Shown here: in pieces, positions 1-7,560 of the stretch
Numbering within the stretch: position 1 is the first letter of the stretch
Layout: the number at the start of each line of letters is the position of its first letter
Source of the DNA: Bdellovibrionales bacterium
Lineage (GTDB): Bacteria > Bdellovibrionota > Bdellovibrionia > Bdellovibrionales > UBA840
NCBI GenBank assembly: GCA_037969075.1
Contig: JBBKWS010000061.1
Span: 1-10,873, forward strand
Direction of reading: 5' to 3'
Length of the DNA stretch: 10,873 nt
Made by a program: the position numbers and the translations under genes
Notes under the pieces: model-generated
What the model was told of the DNA's origin: nothing
What the model saw: the letters and a program-made list of their open reading frames with translations, nothing else
Databases searched by the model: none

Positions 1-50
1 AGTGAAGCGAAAAAGGTGAGTAGGGTTGTACTAAGTCCAGAGTTTTCCAT
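1..50 (-). CDS. Possible 5' end of a divergent gene running off the window (MENSGLSTTLLTFFAS...)
   Basis: ATG at 50-48, frame open to the window edge, hydrophobic residues. No clear SD and only 16 codons visible. Confidence 0.25.
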   Translation of the reverse strand, partial: MENSGLSTTLLTFFAS

Positions 51-66
51 AGGCTTGATTTCAAAA

Positions 67-95
67 TGGGCAAATTGGTAAAGTAAGACTATAAT
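67..95 (+). promoter_or_regulatory. Putative sigma70 promoter for the CheY-like gene
   Basis: TGGGCA (67-72), 17-nt spacer, perfect TATAAT (90-95); ATG at 102 follows after 6 nt. Confidence 0.5.
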
Positions 96-101
96 AAAAC
101 T

Positions 102-485
102 ATGGAAATGAGAATTTTAATCGGCGATGATGCCCCGTTTATTCGCGAAGTTATTCGGAATATATTAACGGATGAAGGTGTCCAATTCTTACCAGATGCT
201 TGTGACGGGGAAGAGGTTGTTGCGTTAGCAAAACGCCATAAGCCAGACCTAATTTTTATGGACCTATCCATGCCTAAGAAAAATGGAATCCAAGCCTGCG
301 AAGAAATATTGCAAGAGCTACCAAATACAAAGATAGTGATTGTATCTTCGATGCATGATGAGTCGCTAATGCAAAGGGCAATTGAAATTGGCTGTGTAGA
401 TTACATTAAAAAACCATTTGAGGTGACTGATATACTATCAGTGCTAAAGCATGTTCACAAAAAGGCTAAGGTTGTAAATGGGTAA
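102..485 (+). CDS. Single-domain CheY-like response regulator (receiver)
   Basis: ILIGDD acidic pocket, PDLIFMDLSMP phosphoacceptor Asp, NGIQ, IVIVSS, DYIKKPF conserved Lys-Pro. 127 aa with no output domain. Confidence 0.93.
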   Translation: MEMRILIGDDAPFIREVIRNILTDEGVQFLPDACDGEEVVALAKRHKPDLIFMDLSMPKKNGIQACEEILQELPNTKIVIVSSMHDESLMQRAIEIGCVDYIKKPFEVTDILSVLKHVHKKAKVVNG

Positions 486-861
486 TTTATTATTTGTTAT
501 TAAGACATTTTTTTTATCATTAGCATTGATACTGGTTCTTCAGATAAAATGGGGAGAAAATAGCATTGATGATATGGTTTACTCTGAAATGAAAGGCTCT
601 TCGATCCTTAGCCCTATTAATGAAGTGGCTGCTGGCGGAGTACTTTGGGTGAAAAATACGTTTCGTGGTTTTAGCGGACTTTTTACAGATAAATTAAAAA
701 ATCAAATAGAACAATCAGACGCCGCGGGCAATCGCCGATTTGAAATCAAGCGTCACATTGACGAATCCAAGACAAAGGCAAAGCAAGCTAGATCGCGCTT
801 TAGCAATTGGTTAAATGATAATGATAAAACAGAGGAAGCGGCTACCGTAATTACTGAGTAG
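478..861 (+). CDS. Hypothetical protein with N-terminal membrane anchor
   Basis: 127-aa ORF overlapping the regulator's end by 8 nt (ATGGGTAA). Hydrophobic N-terminus (LLFVIKTFFLSLALILVLQI) and charged C-terminus. Confidence 0.75.
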   Translation: MGNLLFVIKTFFLSLALILVLQIKWGENSIDDMVYSEMKGSSILSPINEVAAGGVLWVKNTFRGFSGLFTDKLKNQIEQSDAAGNRRFEIKRHIDESKTKAKQARSRFSNWLNDNDKTEEAATVITE

Positions 862-1039
862 CGCGTTCCGAGCTGTTTGAATTGTTTGAGCTCTTTTGAG
901 CAGCAGCATTCTTTGCAGCAAAAGCACAGGTTTGTGATTTAAAATCTTTTTCCAAATGCTTTGGCATATTGGTGTTATTTGGATCATAAGCATTAGCTGA
1001 TAAACTAAAAGCTAAAATCGAAAAAATTAGTAGTTTCAT
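851..1039 (-). CDS. Small secreted low-complexity peptide (62 aa), candidate second Hit/Bd0108-like peptide
   Basis: Strong RBS TAAGGAG-N6-ATG, Sec signal MKLLIFSILAFSLSANA|, upstream sigma54 motif, polar S/N/A/K-rich mature part with one Cys. Confidence 0.8.
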   Translation of the reverse strand: MKLLIFSILAFSLSANAYDPNNTNMPKHLEKDFKSQTCAFAAKNAAAQKSSNNSNSSERATQ

Positions 1040-1063
1040 ATATATCTCCTTACTACTTACTAT

Positions 1064-1080
1064 TGCTACATTCGTGCCAA
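1064..1080 (-). promoter_or_regulatory. sigma54 (RpoN) -24/-12 promoter
   Basis: Minus strand TTGGCACGAATGTAGCA versus consensus TGGCACG-N4-TTGC(A/T). GG-N10-GC spacing is exact with one mismatch, and it lies just upstream of the RBS of 851..1039. Confidence 0.75.
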
Positions 1081-1118
1081 GGCTAGAGCCTTCTAAGGCA
1101 ATATATCGTTAGCAGGGG

Positions 1119-1135
1119 TGTCTCAATATGAGACA
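1119..1135. promoter_or_regulatory. Perfect inverted repeat TGTCTCA-ATA-TGAGACA, candidate regulator binding site
   Basis: 7-bp perfect arms, 3-nt spacer (TGT-N11-ACA), intergenic, about 40 nt upstream of the sigma54 motif, no U-tract on either side. Confidence 0.55.
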
Positions 1136-1154
1136 GCCGGAGAACTTTTAAACA

Positions 1155-1358
1155 CTAAAGGCCGCCCTCATCAGCGTCTTCATTTGAGCCATTATTAATG
1201 CCACTGGTTTTGTCTAATAGCATTTGAGAGGGAGTTGGCCTTTTGCCACAACCAACCATGCAGGGCACTTGGCCCTCATCATTTGGCTCAGTTAAAGAGG
1301 GCATATTTGGATCTGCGGCCCATAAGTTTGCTAATATAAGTATATTTATAATCATCAT
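1155..1358 (-). CDS. Small secreted acidic peptide (67 aa), positional equivalent of Bdellovibrio Hit/Bd0108
   Basis: Starts 9 nt after the RHS stop. Hydrophobic N-terminus MMIINILILANLWA|, P/G/N/D/E-rich mature region with CMVGC. Synteny with the RHS and tad genes. SD is weak (AGGGG). Confidence 0.7.
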   Translation of the reverse strand: MMIINILILANLWAADPNMPSLTEPNDEGQVPCMVGCGKRPTPSQMLLDKTSGINNGSNEDADEGGL

Positions 1359-1367
1359 TTGTAGCCC

Positions 1368-2987
1368 CTATATCCCAAGCTCTATCCCAGCGGGACGAAT
1401 TAGCTCTACTAAGTTGTTAAAGGCTCTAGCGACTTGTACTGCTACAGTTGGCCCCTCTTTACTATCTACTTTATCGATTTCTCCGCTAGATTTATAGATC
1501 ACACGAAGGCTCCCGACACCAGGTCTTTCTACATACTCTGGTTTTCCGAAGCGGTTTTCGTATTTAATCAAAACCTTACGTTTTGCCTGATCAACTAAAC
1601 CAACAATTCTACCGTTTCTGTCATAATCTAGTTTAACAGCAAGACCGGCAGCGTTTTTGGCAAAGGTTAAGTTACATTTTTTATCGTAAGCAAACTGAGT
1701 TAATTCTTTACCAGATCTTACTTCTGATATTTTATTACATTTAGAATACTTAAAACTAGTAAGAACTTCGCCCACTTTTTTAGTCTTCACCAAACCGTTA
1801 TCGAAGTAGTCGTATTTAGTAACGATATTATTCTCTTTAGTATATATCGGCTTTTCAAGGGTAGGGTGGTATTCAACTACCGTTTCAGCTCCGTTAACAA
1901 CGGATGCTACTTTAGATAAATAATCTCCTTGCCCAGTAACTGATGGTTTAAACCAAAATTCATATTTGGATTTTGTAAGTACCTTGGCTTTACAAGTCTT
2001 AGTCAATGTCGACCAATAATGTCGTTTAGGATCTTTCTTGTCCGTTTCATAGGTATACTTTTCGTTACAACCATCGCGATGTTTAAAGTCTGTTACCCAG
2101 TCCTTATTGGTATCGTAAGAAACTTGTTTAAACGTAGAATCAGGATAGTAGATATGTGTTAAGTTGTGTAGAGCATCGTATTTAAATGTATATTTATTCT
2201 TCCAAGCATTATTCACTTCAACTAAGTCTTGGCCAGTGTATTTAAAAGATGCGGCTAAACCATTTGGACCGCTAATTTTTTCAACCTTATTGTTTTTGCC
2301 AAACACAAAGTTAAGTTGTCTAGAATTATTGTCAGAGACTTTTTCGATTTGCCCTTTGCTGTTATAGCTATAGGTTAAATAGTTTCCATTTCTATCGAGC
2401 TGACGAACCATTCTTCCGTCTTTATCAAAGTTTTGTATAGTTGAATCTGGCAAACTTCTAACATATTGCCCTTTGACGAACTTAATGGCATCCACACTAT
2501 TTAGATTTGCTTTAAAAATGCTACCATCTTTAAGATCTGTAGAAACCTTGTATTGAGCCGCCATCTCGGTACGTTTTTTAGGGTCATTAAAAAGTTGATC
2601 TGATAGATCGTTGTAATATTTAGCGGTGAATCTACCGCCGGACTTTTTCATGCCTTCGATGATTTGATCTACAACACCTTTAACATCTGTTTTTTTAAAG
2701 TTTTGCGGGTAAAAGGTAAGTTCGTCCCCAGCGCCACATTCAGTTAGCAGTAGGGTGCCATCTGGATTAGATGTTAATTTTGTTTCAAATGACGAACACC
2801 ATCCAAAGCCAAAGTGACCATTGTAAAGTGTCCTGCTATTATACGTTGTCCTTACAGACATATCATAGCCAGAGCCCGCTACTTCCATGTGTATCCATGG
2901 GTCAGAAAAGTTAGCGTTTCGCATATCAACTAGTGCGTATGCAAAACTTGGAAAAATCAATGTAATTAGCAGAAGAGTTCTTCTCAT
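1368..2987 (-). CDS. Secreted YD/RHS-repeat protein, Bd0109-like (DUF6531-type N-terminal domain)
   Basis: Signal peptide (..SFAYA|); VRTTYNS..GHFGFGW motif typical of RHS N-termini; many YD repeats (FKYDALHNL, VSYDTNKD, KYDYFDNG, AYDKKCNL, DYDRNGR); RBS GAGGTGA at 2997-2991; no PxxxxDPxG cleavage motif. Confidence 0.88.
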   Translation of the reverse strand: MRRTLLLITLIFPSFAYALVDMRNANFSDPWIHMEVAGSGYDMSVRTTYNSRTLYNGHFGFGWCSSFETKLTSNPDGTLLLTECGAGDELTFYPQNFKKTDVKGVVDQIIEGMKKSGGRFTAKYYNDLSDQLFNDPKKRTEMAAQYKVSTDLKDGSIFKANLNSVDAIKFVKGQYVRSLPDSTIQNFDKDGRMVRQLDRNGNYLTYSYNSKGQIEKVSDNNSRQLNFVFGKNNKVEKISGPNGLAASFKYTGQDLVEVNNAWKNKYTFKYDALHNLTHIYYPDSTFKQVSYDTNKDWVTDFKHRDGCNEKYTYETDKKDPKRHYWSTLTKTCKAKVLTKSKYEFWFKPSVTGQGDYLSKVASVVNGAETVVEYHPTLEKPIYTKENNIVTKYDYFDNGLVKTKKVGEVLTSFKYSKCNKISEVRSGKELTQFAYDKKCNLTFAKNAAGLAVKLDYDRNGRIVGLVDQAKRKVLIKYENRFGKPEYVERPGVGSLRVIYKSSGEIDKVDSKEGPTVAVQVARAFNNLVELIRPAGIELGI

Positions 2988-3000
2988 CCTTCACCTCGTA

Positions 3001-3876
3001 TTATACTTTTATTGTAACAACTTTTCGAATAAATATGCCACCTGTAATTTGCAGGGCCAGCATGATCAAAATAAATATACGCCCTAAAGTCGTGTTGAAA
3101 AGGGGGCCGATAAAATTTGGATCAATCACTGAAAATACCACTAGCAAGACAAAAGGGATGATGGTCATAATGATTCCTTGCATTTTACCTTGTGCGGTAA
3201 GTGCATCAATCTTCTGATGTAACTTGTGTCTCTCTCTAATCGTATCAGTGATCGTAGAAAATGTAGACGCCAAATCTCCGCCAGTTTCTTTTAAAATATT
3301 AATAGCCATTACCAGCATTTGAACATCTGGCTCAGGTATTCTTTGCGCTAAATCATTAAGCGCCTCTTCAATACTTACGCCTAGTCTTACTTTACTAAGA
3401 GCTAGGTCGAACTCTTGGCTGATTGGGTTGGGCATACTTTCAGCCACCCTCTCCATAGATTGTGTGATACTAAGACCACTTCTGATACCATTAGACATAA
3501 TTGTAAGACCATCAACCATTTGCGCAACAAACTTACGGCAGCGCTTTTGGTATAACATTTCAATTCCCCATTTTGGTATCTGCCAACCAATAATGGTAAC
3601 AATGCTTCCTATAAAGATACTAAAAAATACACTTGGCCATAAAAATAGAAAAACTATAAATCCAAGTCCAAAGCTGAGGAGAAGCATAAGGTAGGTCAGC
3701 TGCTTTTCTGAGGATTCGATAAACATGGATTCCATGCGCTTAATAATAACATCTCTGCTGCCTAAGCTTTTTTGATGCAAGAAATTAATAATTCTCTCGC
3801 TCCATAAAAGAGATAAAACAAAAATCGAGATACCAACGCCTATAATCATAAACCAGGTGCTAGGATTTAAACTCAT
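3001..3876 (-). CDS. tadB: Flp pilus inner-membrane platform protein TadB (T2SS F family)
   Basis: LTIMSNGIRSGLS, PISQEF, G.SIEEAL..LA.R, ETGGDLA, IRER..L..KIDALTAQGKMQ motifs; TM helices; ATGA overlap with the ATPase gene. Confidence 0.92.
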   Translation of the reverse strand: MSLNPSTWFMIIGVGISIFVLSLLWSERIINFLHQKSLGSRDVIIKRMESMFIESSEKQLTYLMLLLSFGLGFIVFLFLWPSVFFSIFIGSIVTIIGWQIPKWGIEMLYQKRCRKFVAQMVDGLTIMSNGIRSGLSITQSMERVAESMPNPISQEFDLALSKVRLGVSIEEALNDLAQRIPEPDVQMLVMAINILKETGGDLASTFSTITDTIRERHKLHQKIDALTAQGKMQGIIMTIIPFVLLVVFSVIDPNFIGPLFNTTLGRIFILIMLALQITGGIFIRKVVTIKV

Positions 3877-6023
3877 CCATTACCCCCGACAGCTTTTTTA
3901 ATGGGTGTAGCGTCTGGAGCTGTGTTTTTGAATAACTCAGTTCCTATTTTAATTCCTTTACGTTCAAATTTCTCAATGAAAGTTGGGATAAAACCAGTAG
4001 CTTGAAACTGGCCAATAATTTTTCTGTTTTTATCAAAACCAGTTTCTTTAAATTTAAAAATTTCTTGCAAAGTAACCACTTCACCTTGCATGCCGACCAC
4101 TTCAGTAATGCTCATAATTTTTCTACTACCATCTGAAAGACGACTAACTTGAACAATTAGATTAACGGCAGAGGCGACCTGTTCGCGAATAGCTCGTGAA
4201 GGTAGATCCATTCCAGCCATCATCACTAGAGTTTCAAGTCTAGCGACAGCCTCTCGCGGATTGTTAGAGTGAACCGTAGTCATTGATCCATCGTGTCCAG
4301 TATTCATGGCTGATAACATATCTAAGGCTTCGCCACCACGACACTCTCCAACAACAATTCTATCTGGTCTCATACGAAGAGTGTTTCGAACAAGATCTCT
4401 GATAGTGACAGCTCCAGTGCCTTCCATATTAGCTGGTTTAGTTTCTAGTCTAACAACGTGCTGTTGATTTAGCTGTAATTCTGCTGCGTCCTCGACAGTA
4501 ATAATTCTTTCATTGGAGGGGATAAAGCTCGACATGGTATTTAATAAAGTTGTTTTACCAGATCCCGTACCACCAGAAATAATTATATTTAGACCATTTT
4601 CAACACAGAGTTTGATAAAACTAATCATCTGTTTATTTAAACTGCCCCACTTTAAATAATGGTCTGTTGTTATGATTTCTTTTTTAAATTTTCTAATAGT
4701 TAAAGTGGCCCCATCAATAGATACTGGAGGGATTACGGCATTAACTCGACTACCATCTTTTAACCTTGCGTCTACATAGGGATTTTTTTCATCAATTCTA
4801 CGACCCAAAGGGGTTACAATTCGCTCGATCACATTTCTGAGCTGTAGATCCGAAGTGAATGTTATCGGGCTCATGGTAAGCTTACCATTTCTTTCCACAA
4901 ATATTCTTTTTGGGCCATTTACCATAATCTCAGAAACGTCATCATCGCTTAGCATATCTTCAAGTGGTCCCAGCCCAAGAGCCTCATCAAGAACTTCTTT
5001 AATTACTTGTGATCTTTCATTTCTATCTAGGCCACCATATTCTTTATCAACAATCTGAGTTATGCTTTGTAGGGTTTTGTTTTTTAGAGCAGCTTCTTTA
5101 ACCGGGTCCCCATTAGTGTCGGTGATCCCTTTTTTTAAATCCATTGCCATAATAAGTGCGGTATGGATTCTGGTTTTCATCAGCGTTTTTGGATCATCGC
5201 TGCTAGATGTAATCATAGTAGGGGCTGAGGTTGAGGCAGGCTTTGCTACCTTTGGTCTCATCTTAAGTTTTTGCAAAACGTTGCTACCGATTAATTTTCT
5301 TACAGTATCTCTGTAAGCATTTACAATTGGAGAATTGGCCTGCGCCTGCGCAAATAGTGTAGATTTTTGTAATGCGCCCGCTGTAGTAATATCATCTTGT
5401 GGAATCATCGAAATGATTGGTCTCTGTAAAGTTTGCGAAATACTTTGCGGACTTAGACCAGTGTTACTTGCCTTATTAATTACTATTTGAAATAAATCCA
5501 TTGATATGGTTTGAGCGACTAAATTACCAATTTGTCTTTTTGATTGTGTTAGAGCTAGAATTTCGGGCGTAGTAATAAAAAGACAAGCGCTACTATTATG
5601 AATGACTTCAATTTGCAGCTCATCATATTCACATCCAACATCAACCACAATGTAGTCAAATAAGTGACTGAATTGCATAAGCTGCCTATTAAAAGTTTCA
5701 CTATTAACACGAAGACTTTCATCAGGGCTTTTTACTGCAGCTAAATAATAGAGACCGGCGGCATTTTTACTAATCAACGAATCAATGGTTTGTGCGTTAA
5801 TAGTTCCAGCAAAGCTGGTAATTTCTGCGACAGTTTTATTTGGCTTTATACCAGTAATCATGTTTTGGTCGCCGGCAGAATTTTTATCAAGATCGATCAA
5901 TAAAACTCTTTTTCTAGTTTCTAAAAGAAGAGTCTGTGCGAAGTTTGCCGCAAACACACTTTTACCTATGCCGCCTTTGCCGCCGCTGATAGTAATAATA
6001 TGTGAATTAGGGTTAAATGACAT
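3873..6023 (-). CDS. tadA: Fusion of a CpaE/TadZ-like MinD/ParA domain with the CpaF/TadA pilus ATPase (716 aa)
   Basis: N-terminal deviant Walker [10 protein letters not shown] (5958-5984), LLIDLD, DYIVVD; C-terminal [16 protein letters not shown], Walker A GGTGSGKT (4551-4574), [36 protein letters not shown]. Confidence 0.95.
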   Translation of the reverse strand: MSFNPNSHIITISGGKGGIGKSVFAANFAQTLLLETRKRVLLIDLDKNSAGDQNMITGIKPNKTVAEITSFAGTINAQTIDSLISKNAAGLYYLAAVKSPDESLRVNSETFNRQLMQFSHLFDYIVVDVGCEYDELQIEVIHNSSACLFITTPEILALTQSKRQIGNLVAQTISMDLFQIVINKASNTGLSPQSISQTLQRPIISMIPQDDITTAGALQKSTLFAQAQANSPIVNAYRDTVRKLIGSNVLQKLKMRPKVAKPASTSAPTMITSSSDDPKTLMKTRIHTALIMAMDLKKGITDTNGDPVKEAALKNKTLQSITQIVDKEYGGLDRNERSQVIKEVLDEALGLGPLEDMLSDDDVSEIMVNGPKRIFVERNGKLTMSPITFTSDLQLRNVIERIVTPLGRRIDEKNPYVDARLKDGSRVNAVIPPVSIDGATLTIRKFKKEIITTDHYLKWGSLNKQMISFIKLCVENGLNIIISGGTGSGKTTLLNTMSSFIPSNERIITVEDAAELQLNQQHVVRLETKPANMEGTGAVTIRDLVRNTLRMRPDRIVVGECRGGEALDMLSAMNTGHDGSMTTVHSNNPREAVARLETLVMMAGMDLPSRAIREQVASAVNLIVQVSRLSDGSRKIMSITEVVGMQGEVVTLQEIFKFKETGFDKNRKIIGQFQATGFIPTFIEKFERKGIKIGTELFKNTAPDATPIKKAVGGNG

Positions 6024-6024
6024 T

Positions 6025-6055
6025 CCACACTCCTATTAAATGTATCGGAGTGTGG
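6025..6055 (-). promoter_or_regulatory. 9-bp stem-loop overlapping the RBS of the ATPase gene
   Basis: Minus strand CCACACTCC-N13-GGAGTGTGG-A-ATG, a perfect inverted repeat whose 3' arm contains the GGAG SD. Confidence 0.6.
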
Positions 6056-6082
6056 GGCTAATTACTCAGCTCTACGAAGGTA

Positions 6083-7552
6083 TTAATTTGTTAGGCGGAA
6101 CTTACGTTTGATTTCGTCTGATCCCTCTGAGGCAGAAGACTTAATCACAGGTGTAATGAATACCACGAACTGACTTTGGTCGCGTCTAAAATTTTTAGAT
6201 GCATAGAGAGAAAAAAGAGGGTTGTTTGCACCTGAAGGCGGTAGTTTGTTAAAATCTGTTCCGCTTGATGATTGCACAAGTCCACCAATGGCCGCACTTT
6301 GACCACTTCTAACCATGACGACAGTGTTTACATTATTTTCAGTTATTATGGGACCATTTTGCGTCATACTTAATAGTGCACGAACAAAAAAATCAATTTG
6401 TAAATGAACAGAGTCTGATTTTCCATTCATAATTTGTGGAGTCACTTTTGTAGTAATGCCGACTTTTCCAAATTGCGTTGTTATTTGCCCCTCTGCACCT
6501 ATTGTTTGATAAGGAACACCTGTATTTGATTCTAAAGTACCAAGCTTACCATCTTGAACAATAATGCTCGAGCTTTGGAGTACGCGCGCATACCCATGTG
6601 CCTTGGCCCAATTTAATTTAGGTAATAGGTTAGAGATTGTACCTGTAATTTGACTTACGATGCCACTACTCTCATTAGAACCACCCTGGCTAAAGGTTAC
6701 GTTCGTGCTATCCCCTAAGGTTGGCATCCACTCAAACTTAAAACCTCTGGTGTAATCTTTCTTAAGTTCAACATAGTGTACAACAACTTGAATGATTTTT
6801 CCTGGTTCAGCGGGAGGTGCTTGTTTAACGGTAATTAAATTAATAACCGTTTGTAGCACTTTTCTTTTTCTAATGGCTTCATCACCACTCTCTACGACCT
6901 CATCTGGCACATAGGTTTTAGCTATGATTTCTGCTCTTTCTTTTTCGGCAGTATCATTGGCAACGCCTTCAAGTATAAAACGATTGTTTACAGCTCTAAC
7001 CTGAATATCTGGGTTGTTTACATCTCTTTCGATAAAGGATGCAATTTTTCTTTGTGCTAATGGGCTAAGTGTTACAAGGTTGCTGGCGGTGTCTTTATAT
7101 TGTGCCACTACACTTGCAATACGTTTCATGTCTCTCGGTAATAGTATTTGTCCATCGACGATAACTTTGTTGTTTGCAATTTTAATTTGAATACCTTCAA
7201 TTTCGCCAAGAAGTGATTTGATCTCTCTAGCTATAGCAAACAAACTGCTCTTTTTTACAACGATTCTGTATTCGTAGGTTTTTCTAAGTCTTGCATCTCT
7301 AATTGTTAGTGTGCATGTATTCACTCTTTCGGGAGTGAAACGAAGAGTTTTTGTGGCAGGGGATAGGGATATTTTACTACATTGTGCATAGTTACCTTCA
7401 AACTTGGCATTTTCAGGTACAAAAGGTAGTTTTTCATCATGAGTTAAACCAACGGTTAGACTCAAGAACTGGCTTTTAACATTTTCATCTTGAGCGTTAG
7501 CAACGCCAAGAAGAAGAGGTAAAAGTGTTAATAGTCTTATATAAGTTACCAT
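6083..7552 (-). CDS. cpaC: Flp pilus secretin CpaC/RcpA with BON-like domains
   Basis: Signal peptide (..GVANA|); BON-like segments (GIQIKIANNKVIVDGQ, IQVRAVNNRFILEGV); secretin-like C-terminus (GITTKVTPQI, VMVRSGQSAAIGGL, VVFITPVI); RBS AGGAG overlapping the cpaB stop. Confidence 0.85.
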   Translation of the reverse strand: MVTYIRLLTLLPLLLGVANAQDENVKSQFLSLTVGLTHDEKLPFVPENAKFEGNYAQCSKISLSPATKTLRFTPERVNTCTLTIRDARLRKTYEYRIVVKKSSLFAIAREIKSLLGEIEGIQIKIANNKVIVDGQILLPRDMKRIASVVAQYKDTASNLVTLSPLAQRKIASFIERDVNNPDIQVRAVNNRFILEGVANDTAEKERAEIIAKTYVPDEVVESGDEAIRKRKVLQTVINLITVKQAPPAEPGKIIQVVVHYVELKKDYTRGFKFEWMPTLGDSTNVTFSQGGSNESSGIVSQITGTISNLLPKLNWAKAHGYARVLQSSSIIVQDGKLGTLESNTGVPYQTIGAEGQITTQFGKVGITTKVTPQIMNGKSDSVHLQIDFFVRALLSMTQNGPIITENNVNTVVMVRSGQSAAIGGLVQSSSGTDFNKLPPSGANNPLFSLYASKNFRRDQSQFVVFITPVIKSSASEGSDEIKRKFRLTN

Positions 7553-7560
7553 ATTAACTC

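Noticed and set aside
811..993. 60-aa minus-strand ORF overlapping the 62-aa peptide gene
   Set aside because: Alternative frame with no RBS or signal peptide, and it overlaps the 478..861 gene more deeply.
1079..1099. Overlapping short dyads AAGGCT-AG-AGCCTT and GCCTT-CT-AAGGC next to the sigma54 motif
   Set aside because: Arms are only 5-6 bp with 2-nt spacers; too weak to call without conservation data.
1155..2987. RHS toxin-immunity pair interpretation
   Set aside because: No autocleavage motif or toxin tip, and the downstream ORFs look like exported disordered peptides rather than folded immunity proteins.
3862..6023. Similar N-termini of the ATPase (MSFNP) and TadB (MSLNP)
   Set aside because: Only five residues with different codons; likely coincidence.
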